From: an uncultured Chloroflexia bacterium
GTDB taxonomy: Bacteria > Chloroflexota > Chloroflexia > QHBQ01 > JADMIH01
DNA length: 64,000 bases
Direction of reading: 5' to 3'
Assembly: GCA_963797095.1 (NCBI GenBank)
Contig: CAWCNY010000006.1
Location: 1-64,000, forward strand
The translations under genes were made by a program, and so were the position numbers. Of this stretch, positions 52,101 through 61,645 are shown piece after piece. Numbering within the stretch: position 1 is the first letter of the stretch; every line of letters begins with the position of its first letter. The notes below the pieces were generated by a model. It was not told the origin of the DNA and made no database searches. It worked only from the letters and a program-made list of their open reading frames with translations.

Positions 52101-53197
52101 ATTTCTTTCCTTTTGCAAGGGCGACTTGCTGGTATCATGCTCTCCTGGGAAACCGCATCACAAAATGCAAAATACACGTCGCTCCTGGTAACTCACCTTA
52201 CGCAGCCAGGCGAACAGGTTGAAGTTGGCGGAAGGTATCAAAGGCAACCTGCATGGCACGCAAGTAGATAGTGCTCTTTAGAGCAAAGTGGTTGAGATGA
52301 TTGGACAGCTTCAACAATTCGAGCTTGACGTACCCACACAAAGAGGCAAACAAATGGTTGGTCTGGGTGCACACTGTGTGAGTTGGCGAGCGTTCCAAAG
52401 AAGCATTCTGCTTCAGCGACTTGTGATACTCTTCCACGTTCCACCGTCTCTGGTAGATTGTGGTGATTTGGTCGAAGGTGCATGTCACATCCGAGCACAC
52501 CAGATACTGGGTGATTTGACCACCATCTTCGTTTGCGAAGAGTTGCTTGACCAATATCAAGGGGAAGTCTATCCCTTCAAGATAGACCGTCCGCACCTCA
52601 CCCGTCTCCAGCGGCACACTGTCCACACGCATGTACCGACCCTGTCGTTTGTCTCCCTCGGTAAAGGCCACCTTGCGGTTGGTCTTGAGAGGCATGATGA
52701 AATCCCCCTCCAATTCGACTTTGACGAAGCGCATATTGTCCGCCGAGGCATACCACACGTCATTGAGCACGAAGTTGAGTACGAAGCGGAACAACACTTG
52801 GTTGTGCTTGGCTTGCCGCAACAACGCCTGATAGTGCTCGTTCTTACTGACCGGATCACGCCGCTTGGTTTTGCCGTCTTTAGGGTCCACATACTGCTCG
52901 GTCTTTCTTACCAACCGAAAACCCACGGGCAGCGACACCTCCAACTCAGGCACATGGTACAAGGCCGAGAGGAAGTTTATCCCCTTGACCGTTGTGCCTT
53001 TGGAGTGGTCATAGTGCCAGGCGATGATGTCGTTCTCATCTGTGTACGGCTTCTCCGAGATGGAGTCGTCCACGATGATGCACCCATCTTCTTGCTCAAC
53101 GGCTCGCACGGGTGCGCGCCATCTTTTAGGAAGGAAAGAAAAATGATACCCTCTAGGTGAAGACATCCCGGCTAAGGCCGAAATCCTGGAGGGTATC

Positions 53198-54709
53198 ATG
53201 CAGAGTAGCGAGTTTCAGGCCGTTTGCGACCTGTCACCTGCCCTCACTAGTATTGTGAAGGAATTTGAGGGGCTCGTCAAACAACTTTGGATATATGCTC
53301 AACGCAACCCGGATGCTACTTTGAGCAGTCTCGAAGAAAGAGCACGTCAACTGCGCTCGGACTGTTTCGCCTCAGCCTTAGAAGCCGCAGCCCAACTGCA
53401 TCGTGCCATGATAGAGGAAGAATGGCTGCTTGGGCACAAGCAGTGTGACTGCGGGCAGACACCCCAGTACAAGGGTAAGCAGCGGCGCACTGTGCAAACA
53501 TGGGTAGGCACGGTCACATTGGAGAGAGGTTACTTCTACTGTAAAGGGTGTGGCACCGGACGCTACCCGCTGGATGAGGCTCTAGGCATACCCGCACGGG
53601 AACACTTCTCGGACGGAGTGCAACAAGGAGTGTGCCTGCTGGGTGTGCAGATGCCTTTCGAGCAGGCTGCACATGCAGTGGAGGTACTCACTGGCATGTC
53701 GGTCTCTCCAAGAGAAGCCGAGCGCATGACTGAACAGAGGGGGCTTACATTAGAGGGGAGCTTGCAAGAGGAGAGGAGAGCTTGCAAGAGGAGAGGAGAG
53801 CTTGCAAGAGGAGAGGAGAGCTTGCAAGAGGAGAGGAGAGCTTGCAAGAGGAGAGGAGAGCTTGCAAGAGGAGAGGAGAGCTTGCAAGCAGAAGATCAAA
53901 CGCTAGGGGCAAGTCCCACCTCTCAGAAAGGTTCAAAGGTTGCAGATGGAGCATTGGGCTTGGGCACATGGGCGGCGACGCTGGACGCTGGCAAGGTGCG
54001 CTACGAAGATGGGTGGCATGACGCTAAAGCGGGAGTGGTGTTTTGGGCCGAGCCTGCATACAACGAAGCAGGAGAGATAGAGGGGGCAAGAGCCACCCAT
54101 CAGAGCTATGTGGCGGAGGTCGGCTCGATGGAGCGGGCAGGAAAGCGGTTGAGTGCTGAAGCATGGAGGAGAGGGATAGGCCCTGAGGAGCAGGTTGTAT
54201 GTCTGGGAGATGGGGCACCCACCAACTGGATACAGTTCGATGAGCACTTTGCCAACAGGGTAGAGGTACTCGACTGGTATCACGCCATGGAGCACCTGTG
54301 GCAAGCAGGTAATGGTATCTTCGGGCAGGGCACACCAGACGCCGCAAGATGGGTGAAGCGTTGGGAGAAGGAATTATGGGAGGGAAGGGTAGAAGCAGTC
54401 ATTGTGGCTCTACACAGAGAGAGCAAACGTGAAGGGGAGGCGGGAGAAGCGGCACGAGAGCAGATTCATTACTTTGAGACGAACAAAGAGAGGATGCGCT
54501 ACTCCGAGTACCGGGCATTGGGCTTCCCAGTTGGTTCAGGCACGGTGGAGAGTGCATGCAAGCGGCTGATTGGTGCCCGTCTCAAGGGAGCAGGCATGTG
54601 TTGGAGCAAACCAGGAGCACAAGGGGTGCTGACACTGAGAGCCGAACTGCTCAGTGAGAGGTGGGAGCAATGCTGGCCCAAAACTCGCCCTCTCAGAAAA
54701 GTCGCCTAA
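53198..54709 (+). CDS. ISKra4/UPF0236-like DDE transposase, in frame (503 aa)
   Basis: Continuous ORF; CxxC Zn motifs; 'LDAGK', 'LGDGA', 'GSGTVESACK'. Confidence 0.9.
   Translation: MQSSEFQAVCDLSPALTSIVKEFEGLVKQLWIYAQRNPDATLSSLEERARQLRSDCFASALEAAAQLHRAMIEEEWLLGHKQCDCGQTPQYKGKQRRTVQTWVGTVTLERGYFYCKGCGTGRYPLDEALGIPAREHFSDGVQQGVCLLGVQMPFEQAAHAVEVLTGMSVSPREAERMTEQRGLTLEGSLQEERRACKRRGELARGEESLQEERRACKRRGELARGEESLQAEDQTLGASPTSQKGSKVADGALGLGTWAATLDAGKVRYEDGWHDAKAGVVFWAEPAYNEAGEIEGARATHQSYVAEVGSMERAGKRLSAEAWRRGIGPEEQVVCLGDGAPTNWIQFDEHFANRVEVLDWYHAMEHLWQAGNGIFGQGTPDAARWVKRWEKELWEGRVEAVIVALHRESKREGEAGEAAREQIHYFETNKERMRYSEYRALGFPVGSGTVESACKRLIGARLKGAGMCWSKPGAQGVLTLRAELLSERWEQCWPKTRPLRKVA
53761..53880 (+). 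repeat. 20-bp tandem repeat array (6 x CTTGCAAGAGGAGAGGAGAG)
   Basis: Directly visible; 120 bp, frame-preserving. Confidence 0.95.
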
Positions 54710-55129
54710 ACGATGGCGCGCACCCGGCTCGCACATGAGGCTTGACAAAATGCCACAGGTCAGCAGAGGTGAACTCTCCCTTGGAGAGGAAGCGTTGAAT
54801 GGGGTCATGGCTCACGCTTCCACTCAGCAATGCGCTCAAGCCCGTGCCGGTGGTCAGACCGAAAGAGCTTATCAGGTAGTCAGTGTACAGATCAAGCAGT
54901 TCTTTGTTCGTCATCCCTTTAGTCTACCATTCAACACTTCGGCTGCGTAAGGTGAGCTGGTAAATAATGGTTTCTAGAGGGGCGTGGTAATATGGACACT
55001 CTCCTAATTATGTTCCTACATCTTGGAAATCTGAATGGGAACTCTGTACCGGTAGCGCTGTGTGGATGGTCCCGGCGGGACATAGGCCAAATGGGTGATG
55101 TGGTGGGTTGGGGTGAGGCGGGTTTGCTC

Positions 55130-55184
55130 TCTCAGCGAATTCTCAGCGTTTTCTAAACTTTCTCTTAAGTCCGGGTGCTATACT
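55130..55184 (+). promoter_or_regulatory. OmpR/MprA-type direct-repeat operator array + extended -10
   Basis: TCTCAG, TCTCAG, TCTAAA, TCTTAA at 11-bp period (55130, 55141, 55152, 55163); TGcTATACT at 55176-55184. Confidence 0.75.
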
Positions 55185-55252
55185 GCACAATAGCTGTTTC
55201 TCTACCTTGTTTTCTCTACCCTGTGGCGAGGCTTTATTGTGGAGGCTTTATT

Positions 55253-55996
55253 GTGAGCGACACATTATCCTCTATAGATGAAAAGGATGCAAAGCGTTCG
55301 CCGAACCCCGCGACGCGCGTGCTTGTCATAGACGACGAGCCGGGCATACTCGATTTTCTCTCGTTGGGCTTGGGCTACGAGGGTTTCGAGGTGCGGCGCG
55401 CCGGGGATGGAGTAACCGGACTGCAAATGGCCCTGAGCGAAAGGCCAAACATCATTGTGTTGGATCTGATGCTGCCCGGCCTCGATGGTTTCGAGCTTTG
55501 TAAGCGGCTGCGGCAGGTGTCGAGCGTACCCATAATAATGCTGACCGCTCGCGATGAGGTGGACGATCGCATACGTGGGCTGGACCTGGGAGCAGACGAC
55601 TACCTGACCAAGCCGTTCCAATTCAAAGAGTTAGCAGCGCGGATGCGGGCCATACTGAGGCGGCAATCCAATAGCAGGGATACCAACCGGCATATCACTC
55701 ACGGCGAGCCGTTGCAGGTGGGCGATATCACTCTCAATCCCGCCTCGCGCGAGGTACACAGAGGGGACAGGTTGGTGCCTCTCACCGTGCGCGAATATGA
55801 TTTGCTGGAAATGCTGATGGAGCACCCTAACCAGGTGCTCACACGCGAGGCGATCCTGGGCAGAGTATGGGGCTACGACTTCGCAGGTGACGACAACATC
55901 ATCGAGGTGTATGTTCGCTATTTGCGGAACAAGCTTGGCGACCCGAACCCCATCAGCACTGTACGTGGCGTGGGCTATGTTATGAAGCAGCGATAG
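55253..55996 (+). CDS. OmpR/MprA-family response regulator
   Basis: 'VLVIDDE', 'LDLMLPG', 'GADDYLTKPF', winged helix 'TVRGVGY'; GTG start after GGAGG. Confidence 0.95.
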   Translation: MSDTLSSIDEKDAKRSPNPATRVLVIDDEPGILDFLSLGLGYEGFEVRRAGDGVTGLQMALSERPNIIVLDLMLPGLDGFELCKRLRQVSSVPIIMLTARDEVDDRIRGLDLGADDYLTKPFQFKELAARMRAILRRQSNSRDTNRHITHGEPLQVGDITLNPASREVHRGDRLVPLTVREYDLLEMLMEHPNQVLTREAILGRVWGYDFAGDDNIIEVYVRYLRNKLGDPNPISTVRGVGYVMKQR

Positions 55997-56005
55997 GAGA
56001 TTGAT

Positions 56006-57682
56006 GTGATACGACGTTGGCTTGCCAGGTTCTCCACTCTTCGCTGGCGCTTGACCCTCTTCTACTGCGGCTTGTTGGCCCTGTTGCTGGCTGCCGTCGG
56101 TATCTCCGTGTATGTGCGATTCGGAGATGCCCTCAAAAGCAACGTCAGCAGTCGCCTGCACGACCTGGCGATGGTGCTGACTCCCCCTCTGAACATAACC
56201 TCCAAACTGCAAGGGTCCAATCTATTAGACATCGCCAAAGCCAACTCCGCCTTGCTTGAGTACATCCAGGGCCAGCTAGTGCAAACTGAGTCGTCTGCAG
56301 CAGTGTACATAGGTGTTATGGATAGCAGCGGCAACCTGCTGCTCGATAATCAGCCGTTGAAGGACCCTTCCGGCATAATAACCATGAACCCACAGTTTCA
56401 ACCGCTGCTCGATCTGAACTCGGCCAAGGCAGGAACTGTACAAGAATACGAGACCACACTCGACGAGACTATAGACGATAGGTTGGGCGTGCAAAAGGTA
56501 GCAAGCCAGGTGCATGGCATTGCCTATGTGATCCCCCTGCTGCCGGTCTCGTCCGACGATTTGAGTCTTGCGCGCTCGGCGGACAAAGACGTTACGCCGA
56601 GTATGTATCTCGCGCTGGCCGCGCCCCTGGATGGCGTGGATGGTGCTCTGCAACAGATCGCCTTCATACTGGCTACGGGTCTGCTGGCTGCCCTGGCGCT
56701 GGCGTTGCTGCTGGGTTTGCCTATCGCACGGCTTGGCCTCAGACCGCTGCGCCGCATGGCCTCTACCGCCACTCAGATTGGTGCGGGCGACCTGAGCAGG
56801 CGGGTTGGCATCCCATCTCGAAGCGTTGCGAGCGTGGAAGCGGGTGACGAGGTGCAGCAACTGGGGCAGGCGTTCAATGCCATGCTTGACCGCATAGAGG
56901 CTTCCTTCCAGGCGCAGAAGAGTAGCGAAGCACGCACGCGGCAGTTTGCCGCTGACGCCTCACATGAGATGCGCTCGCCTCTGACTGTGCTTGGCGGCTA
57001 TATTGACGTGCTTTTGATGGGGGCCAAAGACGACCCGGCCCAGGCCGAACGCATACTCGGAGCGATGCAGCGCGAGAACGACAGGCTCGGCAGGCTGGTG
57101 GCTGACCTGCTCTTGCTCACGCGCATGGATGCTAACGGCACCGCCCGCCACATGATGGACCCTTTACCTCTGAAAGACCTGGTGATGCGCGCCGTGGACA
57201 ATATGCGCATGGTGGCCGGGTCTCGCATGGTGCAAGCCGCCATCGCTGAGGATGTAGAGGATGCCGTGGTTCTCGGCGATGGCGACCGACTCTACAGGAT
57301 GCTGACCAATCTACTGGACAATGCGATCCGATATACCGAACCTCAGGGCCATATCGTTGTCAGCCTTCGCCACTCGGACCGCGGAGATGGCTGGGTGAGT
57401 CTGCGCGTAGCCGACGATGGTTGCGGGATCGAGGCAGACAAGCTACCTCGTATATTCGACCGCTTCTATCGCGCCGATAAATCGCGTGCCCGCCAAACCG
57501 GCAACTCAGGCCTTGGCCTCTCTATCTGCAAGAGCATAGTAAATTCTCATAGCGGGTCCATTTGTGTAGAAAGCGACCGAGGTTGTGGCACTGTCTTTAC
57601 GGTGGATCTGCCTCTATTGAACGATTCTCAGCGAACTCTCAGCACAGTCTCAGGCGATTCCAAATCTGTGTTGCTACACTGA
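56006..57682 (+). CDS. Membrane sensor histidine kinase (HAMP-HisKA-HATPase)
   Basis: 2 TM helices, HAMP, 'ADASHEMRSP', 'NLLDNA', 'GNSGLGL'. Confidence 0.95.
   Translation: MIRRWLARFSTLRWRLTLFYCGLLALLLAAVGISVYVRFGDALKSNVSSRLHDLAMVLTPPLNITSKLQGSNLLDIAKANSALLEYIQGQLVQTESSAAVYIGVMDSSGNLLLDNQPLKDPSGIITMNPQFQPLLDLNSAKAGTVQEYETTLDETIDDRLGVQKVASQVHGIAYVIPLLPVSSDDLSLARSADKDVTPSMYLALAAPLDGVDGALQQIAFILATGLLAALALALLLGLPIARLGLRPLRRMASTATQIGAGDLSRRVGIPSRSVASVEAGDEVQQLGQAFNAMLDRIEASFQAQKSSEARTRQFAADASHEMRSPLTVLGGYIDVLLMGAKDDPAQAERILGAMQRENDRLGRLVADLLLLTRMDANGTARHMMDPLPLKDLVMRAVDNMRMVAGSRMVQAAIAEDVEDAVVLGDGDRLYRMLTNLLDNAIRYTEPQGHIVVSLRHSDRGDGWVSLRVADDGCGIEADKLPRIFDRFYRADKSRARQTGNSGLGLSICKSIVNSHSGSICVESDRGCGTVFTVDLPLLNDSQRTLSTVSGDSKSVLLH
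57626..57680 (+). promoter_or_regulatory. Second MprA-type operator array + extended -10, inside the kinase 3' end
   Basis: TCTCAG x3 + TCCAAA at 57626, 57637, 57648, 57659; TGcTACACT at 57672-57680. Confidence 0.75.
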
Positions 57683-57770
57683 TCTCAACGACGCTGCGAG
57701 CCAGCAAGCTATCGGGCCGCGAACAGAGAACTTGCCGGAAGGCAAGAATAAGGAAAGTGAGGTCAGAAAT

Positions 57771-58574
57771 ATGGATATTGCACGCATGAAAGTTGTTGGG
57801 GCGGTTTTGGGAATGATGGCATTTGGTGGGGTGCTTGGCGCGCTCTTCACCGGGTATGGGGGTTTCGCCAATGCCTCAATTTCGGGTTACGCGAACACTC
57901 AGGCCGCCGTTACAATGGGATCGGGTTCAGATGATGGCGCCACACAAGCAAACTCAAATAAAAGCAACAGTGACAGTGACAGTGACACCTCGCTCCCTTC
58001 CAAAGAGGATATACGGCACTACGCGGAATTGTTTGCTCAGAACTTCGCATCGCAATTGGGAGTTGACAGCGACACGCTGAATAACGCGCTTCGGGGCGCG
58101 TTTCAGGCCACGATCGACCAGGCCGTAGCGGATGGCAAACTGGATGCCGATGGTGCGAACGCTGTTAAGTCCAAAGTGGGGAGCACGACCTTCAGCGACC
58201 TGGTCTCGATTCCCCTTGGGATGGCGGGGGCGGGCGAGGTGGACATGAGCGAAGCATTGGGCAATAGCCAGGCGTTCATCGATGCCACCGGCACGGCTTT
58301 CGATGCGGGCGGACAATTGCTGGGGATAACCGGGCACGAGTTTGAACAGGACCTTCAGAACGGTACCCTCCTATCTGCCGCGCAGTCGCACAATGTCACC
58401 GTGGAAACATTGAAGAACACTGTTGTGAGCACGCTACGGACGGAACTGGACAAGGCCGTGGCATCCGGGCAACTGACTCAGGACCAGGCCGACCTGGCGT
58501 ACAATGCCTTCAGCGGTAAATTCGAGATGGCCCTGACTGGTGTCCTACCCACCAATAGACCTGCTGACAAGTAA
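57771..58574 (+). CDS. Exported helical hypothetical protein (probable two-component target)
   Basis: N-terminal TM/signal; duplicated '(I/L)D.AVA.G.L....A' motif. Confidence 0.7.
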   Translation: MDIARMKVVGAVLGMMAFGGVLGALFTGYGGFANASISGYANTQAAVTMGSGSDDGATQANSNKSNSDSDSDTSLPSKEDIRHYAELFAQNFASQLGVDSDTLNNALRGAFQATIDQAVADGKLDADGANAVKSKVGSTTFSDLVSIPLGMAGAGEVDMSEALGNSQAFIDATGTAFDAGGQLLGITGHEFEQDLQNGTLLSAAQSHNVTVETLKNTVVSTLRTELDKAVASGQLTQDQADLAYNAFSGKFEMALTGVLPTNRPADK

Positions 58575-58611
58575 TTTACCTTCAATGTGGACATCTTGGC
58601 AGGCTTTAGAG

Positions 58612-58648
58612 CAAAGAGAATGGGCAGCGAAACCGCCCATTCTCTTTG
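58612..58648. terminator. Bidirectional intrinsic terminator
   Basis: 14-bp stem CAAAGAGAATGGGC/GCCCATTCTCTTTG followed by TTTT. Confidence 0.8.
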
Positions 58649-58683
58649 TTTTGAAAACTCTATATGCCTCTACTCCAGTTAAG

Positions 58684-60409
58684 TTAAAATTCATGTGATG
58701 CAAGAGGTAGTTTCGGTTCTGCCTTATACAGATACTCCTGCATCACTTGCAGGAAGCGCTTGATATCGAGCGGTTTGGTGAGATAATCCTGCGCCCCGGC
58801 GGCCAACAGCCGTTTAATCTGCACAGCCGTTGCATCCGCGCTGATCACCAGCACCGGTACCAGGCAAGTATGCCGGTTCTTCCTTAGCTGTGCCAGCACA
58901 TCTTCTCCGCTCATATCAGGCAAGTTCAAATCGAGCAGGATCAGGTCGGGGTGGTGCTCACAAGCCAGGTCCAATCCCAACCTTCCTTGCATAGCCGCAA
59001 GCAGCTTCACATCAGGCTGGTGTCGCAACACACCCTCAACCAGCTTGAAATTGGATATATTGTCCTCTATATAGAGCACTGTACGCGTTCTGCCGGGCGA
59101 TATATCTTCTTGCGCCACCTGAAGGTCTGGTTGCATAGAATTCGATCACTTTCGGATTCTCCGCTTCGTTTGCAACAACAGGCAAATCCACCCAGAACCT
59201 GCTTCCCACCCCCACTGTGCTGTTTACACCTATTGTGCCGTTCATAGCCTCGATCAATCTCCTGGACAGAGCAAGCCCCAACCCCGTTCCCTCAACCCCG
59301 GTCTGCTCAGCCCCAAGCCTCTCGAATGGTGTGAATAGCTTCCCCAGATTCTCACTGGCGATCCCCGGACCCGTATCGCTGACTATCATACGCAATCGCC
59401 CTTGCCCAGGCATTAAACATGTGAGCGATACGCAGCCACCACTGCGGTTGTACTTGATCGCATTTGCCAGCAGGTTCAACATTACCTGCTTCAAGCGCTG
59501 GCGATCAGCCACTATATAGATATCCCGGTCCCATGATTTATCGATTGCCATCTCGATATTTCGCTGCTTTGCCATGGGCTGTACCAGGTCAAGACATTCC
59601 ATTACCGCATCTCTGGACGACATTGGCTCCGGCGAGAGCGCAAACCTGCCTGTTTCGATACGGCTGATGTCCAGTATCTCGTTGATCAGGTCGAGTAGAT
59701 GGCGCCCTCCACGGATTATGTGTCCCAGGCTCTCGCCGTCTGCCGGGCTTGGGTCGCTCATCTCAAGGAGCTGTGCGAAACCCAGGATAGCGTTCAGGGG
59801 CGTGCGCAACTCGTGGCTCATTCGAGATAGGAATATGTTCTTGGCCCTGCTCGCCTTCTCTGCGCCCGCTTTGGCCGTTCGCAACGCTTCCTCGACCTTC
59901 TTGCTCTCGGTAATGTCATACCCGATCGAGATCAGATCCTCATTAGGCAGCGCGAAATTTGCCCACATCTGATACCTGTCGGTGCCATCTTTGGCCCTGG
60001 CGCGAAACTCCCTGAACTTCCCGTCTCTCGAAGCTATCGCCTGCCGGACCTGGCTCCGTATCTCATCATCCGGATATACCAATAACAGCGGATCGCTATT
60101 TTTGAGCACTTCGTCTTTTGTGTAACCCAACTGCTTCTCGCATTCGGTGTTCCAGAGAACACACAGCCCATTTCTGTCAAAAGAAGCGATCATCACAGGA
60201 GCATACTCAAATATAGCTCGGAACTTCTCCTCGCTCTGTGTCAAGGCCTCGTCGATTCGCTTATATTCCGCCAGCTTCTGCTGCAACCGCTCGTTGAGGT
60301 TGTTTAGCTCGATGGTTCGCTCCGCCACGCGCTGTTCCAGCACCTCATAGGCCGCTTCGCGTTTGGCTTTATTACGCTTGCTCTGAGCTTGTTCCATTGT
60401 ATCTCTCAC
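58684..60409 (-). pseudogene. PAS hybrid histidine kinase with receiver domain, frameshifted in the linker
   Basis: PAS + 'MSHELRTPLN' + HATPase in 60409-59036; receiver 'VLYIEDN...LLDLNLP...KP' in 59136-58684; removing one base near 59140 fuses them. Confidence 0.75.
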
Positions 60410-60625
60410 CAGGCCGGGTACCTCCTGGGCATAGCGATGCCTTCCTGTGCTAGCAGATCGCTATAATTTTACCAGCGATGGCTCGGCACTTTCAATAGGA
60501 TTTTGGTCCCGTCCAGGTGCCGCAAGTAGCAGTACTTATGATCGCCCGTAATATGTTATCTTATCTGTCGATAAAGTACATCGGGTACTGGAGCGATCTT
60601 GGATACCTGTATGAAGGAGAATAGC

Positions 60626-61627
60626 ATGCTTCGTAAACTGGCGACTTATGGCTTTGTGATCCTCGTTACCCTGGTTTTCGCCGAGATATTTCATCCGCTC
60701 GCCACCATCCAGTCGCTGGCGCAAGGTGACTGCCGCACCTTCCAGGAGACCGGCAAAACCGTCTGTGGCAAGTTTCTCACCTACTGGGATACGCACGGCG
60801 GCCTCGCCCAACAGGGCTATCCCATCTCCAATCCGTTTCAGGAGAAGTCCGACCTGGATGGTAGGACCTACACGGTCCAGTACTTTGAGCGAGCCGTCTT
60901 TGAAGACCACCCGGAGAACTCCGCCCCCTATGATGTACTTCTCTCTCAACTAGGTACATTCCAATTCCAGCGCAAATACCCTGAAGGCGACCCGTCGCCC
61001 CCAATCTCAACTGCCCAATATGATATTCCCGCTCCAGCAGTCTATATCAAAGGCGCTTATGTGATTGTGCTGGGTGCAGTTCGCTACAACGGCAGTGTGC
61101 CGTTGATCAATCCCGAAATCGATGTGACTATTGTGGACAAAGCGGGCAACGATATCGATACAGTGCCATGTTGCGCTCGCATAACCCTTGTGCCGCCCGG
61201 CTCTCTGATCCCCTATCGTCATGAGCTTAGCGATCCCGATGGCCTCATAGACCATGTGCGCGTGGAGGTAAAATCGGGGGCCGAGCAGGCAACCCAGGCC
61301 GATATAGATTTCTACACCTCAGACTGGACGGTGAGCGAGTCGCATCTTGTTCTCCCAGCCGATGACCAGGACTTCCCCATGTTGGTTGGAACCCTCACAC
61401 ACAATGGGACAAAGCAAACGGAGAGCGTAAATGTAGCCGCCCTCCTCTACGACGGGTCGGGCAACATTCTTGATGTCTCAAATCAGGTCTACACCCCTCA
61501 GAACCGCGCCGAGGGTGCTACCTACCCTTTCCAACTCGACTTCGAGTTCTCAGCCTTCGCCTCCATAGGCGTCAAGCCCGATCACTACGACCTGATCATC
61601 CAGAACGACGTCACTCCGAGCGAATAA
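60626..61627 (+). CDS. Secreted protein with LGFP-like module and FxLYD-like Ig domains
   Basis: Signal peptide; 'CRTFQETGKTVCGKFL...YFERAVFEDHPEN'; 'G...N.G' and 'ALLYDGSGNILD'. Confidence 0.75.
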   Translation: MLRKLATYGFVILVTLVFAEIFHPLATIQSLAQGDCRTFQETGKTVCGKFLTYWDTHGGLAQQGYPISNPFQEKSDLDGRTYTVQYFERAVFEDHPENSAPYDVLLSQLGTFQFQRKYPEGDPSPPISTAQYDIPAPAVYIKGAYVIVLGAVRYNGSVPLINPEIDVTIVDKAGNDIDTVPCCARITLVPPGSLIPYRHELSDPDGLIDHVRVEVKSGAEQATQADIDFYTSDWTVSESHLVLPADDQDFPMLVGTLTHNGTKQTESVNVAALLYDGSGNILDVSNQVYTPQNRAEGATYPFQLDFEFSAFASIGVKPDHYDLIIQNDVTPSE

Positions 61628-61645
61628 TGACCCGGGCTCTATGCA

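Larger units (their letters stand above)
53110..54725 (+). mobile_element. Mutator-type IS (ISKra4/ISLre2-like), copy 2, 1616 bp, nested
   Basis: Same IRs as copy 1; 9-bp TSD GGCTCGCAC (53101-53109 and 54726-54734). Confidence 0.93.
52198..54914 (-). pseudogene. IS701-like transposase interrupted by nested IS
   Basis: N-part 54914-54726 joins in frame to 53100-52198, giving 363 aa; 'IVDDS..EKP', 'DVWY', 'YQRRWNVEEYHKSLKQ'. Confidence 0.88.
52192..54956 (-). mobile_element. IS701-like DDE insertion sequence (1140 bp when the nested IS is removed)
   Basis: Perfect 16-bp IRs CTCACCTTACGCAGCC; flanking direct repeat CTGGTAA (52185-52191 and 54957-54963). Confidence 0.88.

Noticed and set aside
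52198-53199. 333-aa ORF as a complete transposase
   Set aside because: Its first ~30 residues come from the nested IS left end; the true N-terminus is at 54914-54726.
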